Below, in pieces: positions 30,628-40,369 of a stretch of DNA of 64,000 nt. The translations under genes and the position numbers were made by a program. How positions within the stretch are numbered: the first letter of the stretch is position 1; each line of letters begins with the position of its first letter. This stretch comes from Candidatus Marinacidobacterales bacterium (GTDB taxonomy: Bacteria; Acidobacteriota; Vicinamibacteria; Marinacidobacterales; DATDRI01), in the NCBI GenBank assembly GCA_965219415.1, contig CBDCNP010000002.1, positions 320,001-384,000 of the forward strand. Direction: 5' to 3'. The notes beneath the pieces were generated by a model, which ran no database searches, had not been told where the DNA came from, and saw only the letters and a list, made by a program, of their open reading frames with translations.

Positions 30628-33276
30628 CTAGCGGAAGTTCTCCACCATCATGATGTCGCTGCTCATCTCATCCGCGTTCGAATAGACCACCCATTGACCG
30701 TCTGGAGACACGGTGAGCCCCACATTCATGCCACCAAAGTTCGTTCGATTAGCAAAGGAAACCAGCTCCCGTATCTCCTTGGTGTCGAGATCCAAGAGCT
30801 CGAGGGTGGGACCGCTGTTCCCTTCCGGGTTGATGTAAACGATGTTCCCACGCCACAGGACCCAGTCCATGAAGTCGGGCTCCTTGTCCAGGACAAGCGT
30901 CTCTTCTCCGCCGTCGACAGGCATTCTCCAGATCTTGTTTCGGCGTGGCTCAGGATGCCGGGTGAAATAGACGAAATGCCCGTCCTCTGACTCGAACGCG
31001 GTCATGCCGCCGTTTCTCGTCACCTGCTGCGGCTCTCCTCCTTCGACAGCGATCTTCCAAATTTCCGACCGCCCGGTCGGGCTGGAGGCTGAAGTAGATG
31101 AAGCGCCCATCGCGAGACCAGCTGAGGTGGTAATCGGCTACCTCGTCTCGCTCAGGCGCGAGGCGGCGGTGGAAGCCTCCCGTCGCCTCCACGACGTGCA
31201 GGCTACTGTCGGCTCGCTGGATAAAGGCGATCTGGCGCCCGTCCGGTGACCAGGCGGGCCACCATCCCTCGGCGAGGCGGCCACAGTCTTTCTCCCTCAT
31301 CATCGCAAGTCCAGATCTCCCCCGTTCCCGAGCGCTGCGTCACAAATGCCAACCGAGTCCCCTCTGGAGAATACTTGGGTCGGGCGTCGAAGTAGGTCGA
31401 AGCGATGAGTCGCTCGGGTGAAGCCAGGCGTCCGGCGTTCGGTCCGCCAACCCGCCATATGTTGATGTTCAGTTTGGATAGTCGCGCGTACGCCAGTCGA
31501 TTGCCGGTTCTTGCACTGGTGACGTAAATCGCACCGTCTCCAAACGGGAGCCTTTTCGACTCACCCCCACTGGCGGGAACGCGCCAGAGACTCGTACTTC
31601 CAATCGCATCGAACTCAGTAATGGCAGAGTAGATGAGCTCTCGACCATCTGAGGTCCAGTCTAATCCCCGGACGTTCACGTCGGAGGTGAGCTGCGTCTC
31701 CTCCCCTCCAGCCGCCGATACCTGATAGACGTCGCCGGGGGCGAGCATGTAGCCCCCCCGCGACCGAACAAAGGCGACGGTCTCCCCATCCGGCGAGAAG
31801 GTCGGACGGGCATCGTTGAATCCCGGACCCGGCGAGGTGAGTTTTCTTCTTTCTCCGGTGTCGAGGGAGAGAAGGAAAATCGCGTCCGGCGAGGGTGGCG
31901 AGACTTCATCGACAATCGCGAGGAGCTTGCCGTCCGGCGACCAAGAGAGTTTCTGACGCGCATACTGTTTTGAATGGATGGTGCCCAATCGACGCTCCGC
32001 ACCTCCCAGCGCGGAGATGAGGGAGATCGTGCTCCCAGGCTCGTAGGACCCCACCGCAGACGTCACCGGACGGAGGAATGCGATCTGGCGCCCATCGGGT
32101 GACCATGTAGGCACCATGGCCACCCCGGGGCCGTCGGTCAGCTGAAGCAGCCCCGTGCCACCAATCTGTTTGACGTAGAGCTGGAGCGGAGCGCCGGCCG
32201 TGCCTCCGTCCCAGTTGAAAGCGAGATGGCTTCCGTCGCGCGATAGCTCGGGGTCCCACTCCCCTCCCTCGAAGGAAGTAAGCGGTGAGGTTCGCGGTAT
32301 CCGTGTGGAGCGCTCTGCCGGTTGAAAATAAGAAGCAATCGCTACTGCCAGAAGCGCAACTACGGCAGCGGCTGCCATCCCAATCCCGAGATTCCGCCCA
32401 AGCCGGGAGACCTGTACCGGTTTCGGGGCACGTGCTTCCTTGACGTCTACCAGCGCCTCTCGTAACTCCTCCATCGACTGGTAACGCTGCTCACGGTCCT
32501 TACGAAGCGCCTTGTCTATCACCGCCTCCAGACCCGCCGGCACCAAGCCAGCCACTCGCTCCGGCTCGTCTCGCATGATGGCAGCCAAAACCGAGGCGAC
32601 GTTGTCCCCCGAAAAAGCCTGCTCCCCTGTCACCATCTCGTAGAGCACACTGCCGAAGGAGAAAATGTCACTCCGGACATCGATCTCTTTCCCCTGAGCT
32701 TGCTCGGGTGACATGTAGGCCCCGGTTCCAAGGATCTCGCCCTCCCGGGTCAAAGCCATCTGTTTATCGACCGTTGGCGCCTCACCAATGGAATCTGGAG
32801 GCTCGACAAGCTTCGCCAATCCGAAATCGACGACCTTCACCCGACCCTCTTCGCTCACCATCACGTTGTCCGGTTTCAGATCCCGGTGAACGATTCCGTC
32901 CCGATGGGCCCGTGCCAGGCCGTCCGCCATTTGAATGGCGTAGTCGAGGGCTTTCGGCTGGTCGAGGGCTTGATTTCGAATGAGGTCACCCAGCGATTGG
33001 CCGGCCACGTACTGCATCACGATGAAGTGCAGGCCGTCGTGCTCAGTGATGTCGTAGATAGTGACGATGTTGGGATGATCGAGCGCCGAGGCAGCACGCG
33101 CCTCTTGAACGAATCGGCGGTGACGCTCGGGATCGGTGAAAAATTCTTTCCGCAAGGTCTTGAGCGCCACCGGACGGTTCAGCTTCGTATCCACCGCCAG
33201 GTACACCTCTCCCATGCCGCCCACACCGAGGTGCTTCTCGATGCGGTTAATGGCCGAGCGTGTCGCCGGGGTTCAT
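30628..33276 (-). CDS. Ser/Thr protein kinase with PD40/TolB-like beta-propeller, three frameshifts
   Basis: GVGGMGEV, HRDLKPDN, DFG, YMSPEQ, a TM helix and many WSPDG repeats, ending IMMVENFR. Confidence 0.9.
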
Positions 33277-33277
33277 T

Positions 33278-33373
33278 TCAGCGAAAATCCTCCACGAGCA
33301 TGTTGTAGCCTCTGACACCGTCCAACTGCGTGTCCATGATCAATGGGCGGTCTGGAGACATCATGATTCCCAA
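33278..33373 (-). pseudogene. 3' remnant of a paralogous PD40-propeller gene
   Basis: LGIMMSPDRPLIMDTQLDGVRGYNMLVEDFR* aligns without gaps to the kinase tail VGLTVSPDGQWVVYSNADEMSSDIMMVENFR*. Confidence 0.6.
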
Positions 33374-33420
33374 TTTGCGTTGCCCGTGCTGTTATTAATC
33401 TCGGGCGGTCGCGCCTGCAA

Positions 33421-33462
33421 ACAAGAACGGGCTCGGAGCCTTACACGATGGCTCCGAGCCCG
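33421..33462 (-). terminator. Rho-independent terminator of the TPR gene
   Basis: 13-bp perfect stem CGGGCTCGGAGCC/GGCTCCGAGCCCG followed by TTCTTGT on the minus strand. Confidence 0.8.
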
Positions 33463-33480
33463 GTGAAGCACGAGTTTTTG

Positions 33481-35127
33481 CTACTTGATCTTCTCGCCGT
33501 TGGCCAACGCCTCGACTCGCGGCTGAAGGTTAGGATCATTGACCCCGAGCTCGACCGCCTTGTTGTAATTCTCCTGGACGGCTGCCACGATGGCTTCGTC
33601 GCCGTCGCAAGGACACCCCGCCTTGATCATTCCGAAGTTGGCCCACGCGAGAGCGTTATACGGAGCCCCCCAGTTTGAGGGTGCAGCTTCCGCGCTACGC
33701 TGCAGAGTGGCCTTGGCCGCCATGTAGTCCTGTTTGGCGAGCTGCACGCGTCCGAGGTTAAACAACCCTACCGGGTTCTTGTAATCGGGAGAGCTCGCGG
33801 CCTTCGTGAGCGCGGCCAGCGCCTCATCTACTTGTTGGCTTGCGATGAGCGCGGCACCATAGTCAGTCAGAAAATCCGCGTTGTCCGGCTCCAGGTCCAC
33901 CGCCTTTTGCAAGGAGGGAAGGGCGCCGGCGGCGTCTTGTTTCTTGTTGAGCAGGGCCTTGCCTCGCTCGAAGTGGGCGGTACCCATATTCGCGTCGATC
34001 GCCAAGGCGGCGTCGAACTCCGCGATGCCCGCGTCGATCTGGTCTTGCGCCACGAGGGCCAACCCCAGGAGATAGTGAAGGTCCGCGGAGCTCGCATTCG
34101 ACTCGAGGGCTTTCTTTAGGAACTCGGTTGCGCCGTAGGCGTCGCCCTTGTCGATCGAAATCGTGGCCGCCTTGAATACGGCATCGGTGGCACCCGGGTT
34201 CAACTCCGCTGCCTTCTTATAGTAATTGACGGCCATGTCGAGGTTGCCTTGTTTCTCGTACACCTCGGCAAACGCGAGTTGCGAAGCAAAATCATTCGGG
34301 TCCACGGTGACCGCCATCGCCAAATCAGAGTAGGCCGCGTCGGTGTCACCCCGGGCGTTGTTGGCAATGCCTCGAACGGCGTAGGCTCTTGTGAGCTTGC
34401 TGTTGAGCTCGATGGCTTTCGTAGCTCCCGCTACCGCACCGTCGTAGTCTTCCTTGGACAACATGATGTCGGCCATGCCGGCGTGTGCCTCCGCAAGAGA
34501 GGCGTCGATCGCCAACGCCTTATTGAAGGCGTCTTCCGCCCCCGGTTTGTCACCAGTTCCCAGCCGCGCCACACCCAGTGACGCCTGCGCGATCGCGTTG
34601 TCCGGCGCCATACCGATGGCCTTTTCCGCTGCATCCACCGCGGCTGTGTATTGGCCGGTCTTCGCCAAACTCATTGCAAGGTACACGTGGGCGTCGGTAT
34701 TGGAGGGATCGGCGGCGATGGCTTTAGGTGCCGAGACGGCCGCCTCCTGGTACTTCCCAAGCGTCACCAGGGCCTCCGTCAATCCGGCATACGCCTCCGC
34801 CTGCTTCTTTCCGTCGGTGTGCTCCGCCGCCAGGGCAAAGGCACCTGCCGAGTTCTCTATCTCCCCAAGCTCTTTGTATAGGCGCCCCAACTTCAGCTGC
34901 GCCTCACCATTATCGGGATAGTCGGCGGCGATGGTGTAGTAGTATCTCCCCCCTTCGGCAAGCTTGCCGTCTTTGACCAGCTTGTCGCCCTTGCGCATGT
35001 ACTCCCCGACTTGCTTCCTGGTCAGGGGTTTTCTCTTTTCCTCTTGGGACTGCGCGTTCGGCAGAATGACGATGAGGGCCAAGGCGGCAATGAACGCCGC
35101 CGGTATCCACCTCGGACGAAATCTCAT
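33481..35127 (-). CDS. secreted multi-TPR protein
   Basis: GGAGG RBS, signal peptide and many Ala-rich 34-aa repeats. Confidence 0.9.
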   Translation of the reverse strand: MRFRPRWIPAAFIAALALIVILPNAQSQEEKRKPLTRKQVGEYMRKGDKLVKDGKLAEGGRYYYTIAADYPDNGEAQLKLGRLYKELGEIENSAGAFALAAEHTDGKKQAEAYAGLTEALVTLGKYQEAAVSAPKAIAADPSNTDAHVYLAMSLAKTGQYTAAVDAAEKAIGMAPDNAIAQASLGVARLGTGDKPGAEDAFNKALAIDASLAEAHAGMADIMLSKEDYDGAVAGATKAIELNSKLTRAYAVRGIANNARGDTDAAYSDLAMAVTVDPNDFASQLAFAEVYEKQGNLDMAVNYYKKAAELNPGATDAVFKAATISIDKGDAYGATEFLKKALESNASSADLHYLLGLALVAQDQIDAGIAEFDAALAIDANMGTAHFERGKALLNKKQDAAGALPSLQKAVDLEPDNADFLTDYGAALIASQQVDEALAALTKAASSPDYKNPVGLFNLGRVQLAKQDYMAAKATLQRSAEAAPSNWGAPYNALAWANFGMIKAGCPCDGDEAIVAAVQENYNKAVELGVNDPNLQPRVEALANGEKIK

Positions 35128-35281
35128 GACTTCCTCCCTTTCGGGTTGTACTTGGCGTCCCCAGGGGCATCTGGGTCCAGGAATCCTGCTGGGTGCGGAT
35201 TCTAATCCACTCCGGGGCAAAGGTTCAACCGTCCGCTCGACGAGACAGGGAGGGGCCCCAAAGCGGCCCGACCGGAGCAGC

Positions 35282-36047
35282 CTAACAGGTAGCAAACAAA
35301 GACATAATCAGAATAGCGGCGATGCCCGCCAGGAAAACAGTGAGACCTAGGGTCGCCTTCCAATTGCCGAGGTTGATGGGTGTAGCCAAGGCCAAACCGA
35401 TTCTCCACGAAAATCGAAGGCTCGTCTCGATTGATGTAAAACAGCCCGTATTTCCAGTTCCTACTGTCCGTTGGTGGGTGCTTGGGCGCCCGAGAATACT
35501 TGGCTAGGATCACGACCACTCCCACCAAGACGTAGACCCCCATGGCAACAGCGAAAAAGAGGAAGGCGGTGGGTAAGCGATCGGCTTGACCGAGTCCAAC
35601 CTGGATCGCTCCGTACGAGAACAACGAGAGCATGCCGGTGACGAGGATTGACACGCCCGACAGGAACGTAGTCATAACGGATCGAAAGCGCTCCTGGGCG
35701 ATGACCGACGCACCGCCATCGCCGATCCGAATGCCCTGTTTGGCGTTCGCAATCAGGTAGGCGATGAGCGCCATCGCCGGCCCAATGAATAGAGTCGTGA
35801 CCGGCAAGAGCATCACAGATGCGAAAGAACGCGGAGCCCACCCATCCGGTTGACCACTACCACCAAAGTGAATGGGCACTTGCTCCGGGAGACGATGGTA
35901 GTTGGTCGCGGCATAAGAAAAGACGAGAGCTCCCGCGGTAATGGTAACCACGAGCGCGAGTAAGGGGAACACGCTGGGAGACTTCACCGCCGCCGGAGGC
36001 GGGTTTGGAGGAACCGAATTCGTTTTCTCCATCGAAGTGCTTGTCAA
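35282..36047 (-). CDS. DUF1648/DUF5808 membrane protein, frameshift near C-terminus
   Basis: LPEQVPIHFG.SGQPDGW and WKYGLFYINRDEPSIFVENRFGLGYT(INLGN). Confidence 0.82.
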
Positions 36048-36822
36048 CTACTCTTTTTTTTCGGTGAAGTTGACCATCATCTTCACCTCGCCCCCCTCGG
36101 CGGCTCCGGTCATGGAGACGCTACGCGTACCGTCGGGTGAGCTCGCGATAAGAACCGCGCCGCTGGGCATCGTCGTCCGCTGCGCTATCTCCAGCCCGAC
36201 CGCCTCGAGCTCGGCGACGTAGTAGTCCATCACGATTTCCAACCCGTCGTCGCTTCGCACGACATAGGCCCCCATTTCACCATCCGGGGTCTCAGTAAAG
36301 AAAGTACCCTCCGCCGACGCTCCCGGATAGATGGGTAGCCAATCTGGAAAATTCTCGAGGCCGACGCTGCTTCCCAGGATCGCGGTGCCGTCATCGCCGG
36401 TTATGGTGAGCCTCCCTGCTTCCCCACTTGCGTCTACATCGTACGTGCCTTCATCCGACGTGAAACTGAACTTACCTTCCTCGATGTCCTGATAGTTGAA
36501 GGTAAACTCCTCACTCCTCACCGGTCTTGCTATTCAAGAAGATGACGGTCCGTGTCTCCTTGTCCGCGGCAACCAACTCCACATCGGGATTCGTTGCCGC
36601 AATCAACCTCGCCGTCGCTAGCACAGGATTGTCTTCCATCTCTTCGACGACGTTCTTGGCCTTCTTGAAAACGTAGATCCCCCCCACGAAAGTCACGACT
36701 CCGACCAACACAAGGATGCCCGCACAACCGATGGCGACCCAGACTAGCGGGCTAAGCCCTTTTCGATCCGACGGTGCCCCCCTTCGGGGGTCCCTGGGGT
36801 GGCCATGCTGTCCGTTCGTCAT
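36048..36822 (-). pseudogene. single-TM hypothetical protein split by a 7-bp tandem duplication
   Basis: TGAGGAG-TGAGGAG near 36507-36520. Removing one copy fuses the two ORFs (KTGEEFTFNY). Confidence 0.75.
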
Positions 36823-36942
36823 TGTCTGCTCTCCTTTCGGAAGACTCGAGCGTGGTGGCTCATCATAGCAATCGCGGGCAATCAACGGGCAAATATCATC
36901 GGTGCGATTCCCCCCGACCGCTGATACCATCTACCCCATCGC

Positions 36943-39900
36943 ATGCCAGAAGGACATATCTTCGAGTCCCCTTCTGCCGCTCGTCGTGTCGCCGAAGTCA
37001 CCGCTTGGCTCGATCGGCACGCGCGAGGGGGAGAGGTGCTCATCCTCTGCTCTCAACTCAAGGCGGGTGACCATCTGGTCCGTTCCTTCGCTTCCCAACA
37101 AGGTTCCCTGTACGGACTCCGCCGACTCACGCTCAATGCGTTCGCTTATCAGTTGGCGCTTCCAGAGCTCGTAGAGGCAGGGCGCGCCACGCACAGCCGG
37201 CTAGGTCAACAAGCTCTTGCGGCAAGAGTCGCGCATGAGGCGCGGGCGGAAGGTGACTTCGGAGTTTTCTCGGTTGTCGCCCACGGGCCTGGGTTCGCTC
37301 GTGCCCTCGCGACCACTTTGAACGAGCTCCGTCTGCACGAAGTCGAGCCAGCGCAGCTGCCGGCTGCCGGTGAGACGGGAGCGAGCCTTTCCGAGCTCCT
37401 CGAACGCTATGAGAAAGCGGCGTTGTCGGCGGGAGTCGCCGATCGTACAGACGTTCTTCGGGCCGCCACGCGCGCCGCGGAATCGACGATGCGACCTCCC
37501 TTAGGGCTGCCTACGGTGTTGCTCGACGTACCGATCACCACACCGCTGGAGGCACGCTTCATCGCATCCGTAGCGCGCGGGGCATCGAAAGTGTTGGCCA
37601 CCGTGCCCGCGGGGGATGAAACGACGCTCGAAGCGCTGAAAAAGGCGCTCAGTGTGGTCCCGAAGGTTGACTACGCCGGAGACGACTCGTCCGACGCCGT
37701 CAAACAACTTCAACGCTACATCTTCAGTGGCTCCGCTCCTCCAGGCCCACCGGACGACCAGGAAGTGGTGGTGCTGTCGGCTCCCGGTGAGGCCCAAGAA
37801 GCGGTGGAACTGGCGCGATGTATTCAGTCGGAAGCGGAGGGCGGCGTCCGCTTCGACTCGATGGCGATTCTCTTGCGTTCACCCGAGGTCTACACACCAC
37901 TCATAGAAGACGCATTGGCTCGGGCGGGAGTTCCCGCCTACTTCGAGACCGGCACCCTTAGGCCGGCACCTGCGGGCCGCGCGTTTCTCGCTCTCCTCGA
38001 CTGTGCGGCGGAGGAGCTAAGTGCCACTCGCTTTGCGGAATATCTATCGCTCGGTCAGCTTCCCGATCTGAATGAAGATGGCGGGCCCGCGGCGCCGCCG
38101 GAAATGCCCTGGAGCCCCCCACAACACGAATTGGCTCCTCCCCCACCGGAGGGCTATAGCCAGCCCGTGCAACTCGATCTCTTCGCGGCACCAGAACGAG
38201 TCGCCGAGCCCGAAAGACTCCCGGCCATCGAAGGAACGCTTCGCGCCCCGTGGCGATGGGAGAGGTTACTCGTCGACGCCGCCGTCATCGGGGGACGGGA
38301 TCGCTGGGAACGAAGGCTTTCCGGGTTAGCTCGAGAGATTCAAGCACGACTCGATGAAGTCGACGACCCGGGTGGCAGCGAGGCGGCGACGCTCGAGCGC
38401 CAAATCGAAGACCTCGCGCATCTGAATTCTTTCGCGCTGCCCGTGATCGGCCTGCTTGCGGATTTTCCAGAGAAGGCCAGCTGGGGAAGATGGCTCGACA
38501 TTCTCGAAGACGCTGCGTCGCGCGTTTTGGGCTCGCCAGAAGGCGTGTTGTCGGTTCTCAAAGAACTCCGACCGATGGCCTCAGTCGGGCCGGTCGAGCT
38601 CTTCGAAGTGCGGGAAGTTTTGAACGAGAGACTCACCTTATTGTCCCAAGATCCTCCTCGCTATCCTTATGGACGAGTCTGGGTCGCTCCCATTGACGCT
38701 GTCCGCGGATTGAGTTTCGATGTCGTGCTCGCGCCGGGTCTCGCTGAGAGGATGTTTCCGCGAAAGATCGTCGAAGATCCCCTGCTTTTGGACGTGGACC
38801 GGCGGAAGCTCGATGCGAGTCTCCCGCTTCAGGAAGACCGCGTTTCCCACGAACGACTCTCACTGCGTTTGGCGGCGGGGGCGGCGAGGCGAAAGATCGT
38901 GTTTAGCTATCCCTCGATCGATCTGCAGAAGGGCCGCTCCAAAGTGCCTTCCTTTTACTTGCTGGAGGTGTTGAGAGCCAGCGAGGGAACTCTCCCGGAC
39001 TTCGAGTCCCTTGAACGCGATGCCGCCGATTCCTCGGGAGCGCGCCTAGGTTGGCCTGCACCGAGAGAGTCCTCGCACGCCATCGACGAAGCGGAGCACG
39101 ATCTTGCGTTCCTTTCCGATGCCTTGCGCCAAGACACGCCGAAAGAGCTCGCGCAAGGTACGGGCCGATACCTCCTGAAAGTCAACGATGCGCTCTCGCG
39201 ATCGCTTCGCACTCGGTACCAGCGCGGTCGCTCACGCTTCACGCCGGTCGACGGTTTTCTCGATCCTTCAACAGAATCGCAGAAGGTGTTGACCAACCAC
39301 CGCTTTGGCGCCCGGGCGTTCTCGGTGACCGCCTTGGAGCGGTTCGGGGCCTGTCCCTATCGATTTTTTCTGAACGCCATCTTGAGACTCCGACCACGCG
39401 AGACGGTCGAGCAAATCACTCACCTCGATCCATTGACCTACGGCAGCATCTTCCACGTCGCCCAGTACGAGATTCTGACGACACTCGGGGAGAAAGGGCT
39501 TTCGCCCCTACGTCCGGAAAATCTGGCTGCCGCACTAGAGGAAAGCGAGCGAGTGTTCAGCCGGGTAGCCGAGAAGTTTAGCGATGAGCTAGCGCCGGCG
39601 ATCGAGCGTATCTGGCGAGACGAGCTGACCCGCATTCGTACCGACCTGCGGGGCTGGCTCCGCAAGGAGTCAGAAGCCCCAGGTGGCTGGGTTCCACACC
39701 GATTCGAGTTTACGTTCGGAATGAAACCCCGAGGGCCCGCCGATCCGGCGAGCGTAACGCAAGAAGCCGTGCTAGCGAGCGGGCTTCGACTCAGGGGCGC
39801 TATCGACCTTGTCGAGAAACGAGAAGATGGAAAGATAAGGGTCACGGACTACAAGAGTGGCCGAGTACGCGTGCCGGAAGGCGCCGTCCTGTACGGAGGA

Positions 39901-40230
39901 GAAAGCCTTCAGCCAATCCTTTACTCGCTTGCCTATGAGGCTTTGACCGGGGACGAGGTCCGCGCGGCACGTCTTTATTACTGTACGGAGAAATCCGGTT
40001 ACGCGGAGCGCGCCGTCGAGCCCGACGACGAAGCGCTAGAAGTTGTTTCCGAATTTCAACGTCGCCTCGATAAAGCGATCGAAGAGGGCTTCTTTCCCGC
40101 ATCGCCGAGGCTGGGGTGCAAGTATTGCGACTACTTGCCGGTATGTGGCCCGGGCGCCGAGATCAGCGCCAAACGCAAGGAGGGCGACTCGAAGCTCTCC
40201 TTGCTGAACTGGCTTCGAAACTTGAGATGA
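36943..40230 (+). CDS. addB: AddB-like PD-(D/E)xK nuclease subunit with Fe-S cysteines
   Basis: SVTALE...CPYRF, GAIDLV, DYKSG, QPILY and CKYCDYLPVC. Confidence 0.88.
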   Translation: MPEGHIFESPSAARRVAEVTAWLDRHARGGEVLILCSQLKAGDHLVRSFASQQGSLYGLRRLTLNAFAYQLALPELVEAGRATHSRLGQQALAARVAHEARAEGDFGVFSVVAHGPGFARALATTLNELRLHEVEPAQLPAAGETGASLSELLERYEKAALSAGVADRTDVLRAATRAAESTMRPPLGLPTVLLDVPITTPLEARFIASVARGASKVLATVPAGDETTLEALKKALSVVPKVDYAGDDSSDAVKQLQRYIFSGSAPPGPPDDQEVVVLSAPGEAQEAVELARCIQSEAEGGVRFDSMAILLRSPEVYTPLIEDALARAGVPAYFETGTLRPAPAGRAFLALLDCAAEELSATRFAEYLSLGQLPDLNEDGGPAAPPEMPWSPPQHELAPPPPEGYSQPVQLDLFAAPERVAEPERLPAIEGTLRAPWRWERLLVDAAVIGGRDRWERRLSGLAREIQARLDEVDDPGGSEAATLERQIEDLAHLNSFALPVIGLLADFPEKASWGRWLDILEDAASRVLGSPEGVLSVLKELRPMASVGPVELFEVREVLNERLTLLSQDPPRYPYGRVWVAPIDAVRGLSFDVVLAPGLAERMFPRKIVEDPLLLDVDRRKLDASLPLQEDRVSHERLSLRLAAGAARRKIVFSYPSIDLQKGRSKVPSFYLLEVLRASEGTLPDFESLERDAADSSGARLGWPAPRESSHAIDEAEHDLAFLSDALRQDTPKELAQGTGRYLLKVNDALSRSLRTRYQRGRSRFTPVDGFLDPSTESQKVLTNHRFGARAFSVTALERFGACPYRFFLNAILRLRPRETVEQITHLDPLTYGSIFHVAQYEILTTLGEKGLSPLRPENLAAALEESERVFSRVAEKFSDELAPAIERIWRDELTRIRTDLRGWLRKESEAPGGWVPHRFEFTFGMKPRGPADPASVTQEAVLASGLRLRGAIDLVEKREDGKIRVTDYKSGRVRVPEGAVLYGGESLQPILYSLAYEALTGDEVRAARLYYCTEKSGYAERAVEPDDEALEVVSEFQRRLDKAIEEGFFPASPRLGCKYCDYLPVCGPGAEISAKRKEGDSKLSLLNWLRNLR

Positions 40231-40266
40231 ACGAGCTGAACTGGCTTCGAAACTTGAGATGAACGA
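40203..40266. repeat. exact 32-bp tandem duplication across the addB stop
   Basis: GCTGAACTGGCTTCGAAACTTGAGATGAACGA twice. Confidence 0.95.
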
Positions 40267-40369
40267 GCCGATGGACCAACTGAAAGAGGCCTACCGCCGG
40301 ACTTCTATCGTTACTACAGCGGGACTCCGCCATGGTCCGAAGGGCAAAGGCGGGAGCGAGCATTAGGTA

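Noticed and set aside
36875-36892. CGGGCAA direct repeat at 11-bp spacing upstream of addB as a LexA box
   Set aside because: The sequence is unlike the lexA-proximal repeat and short enough to be chance.
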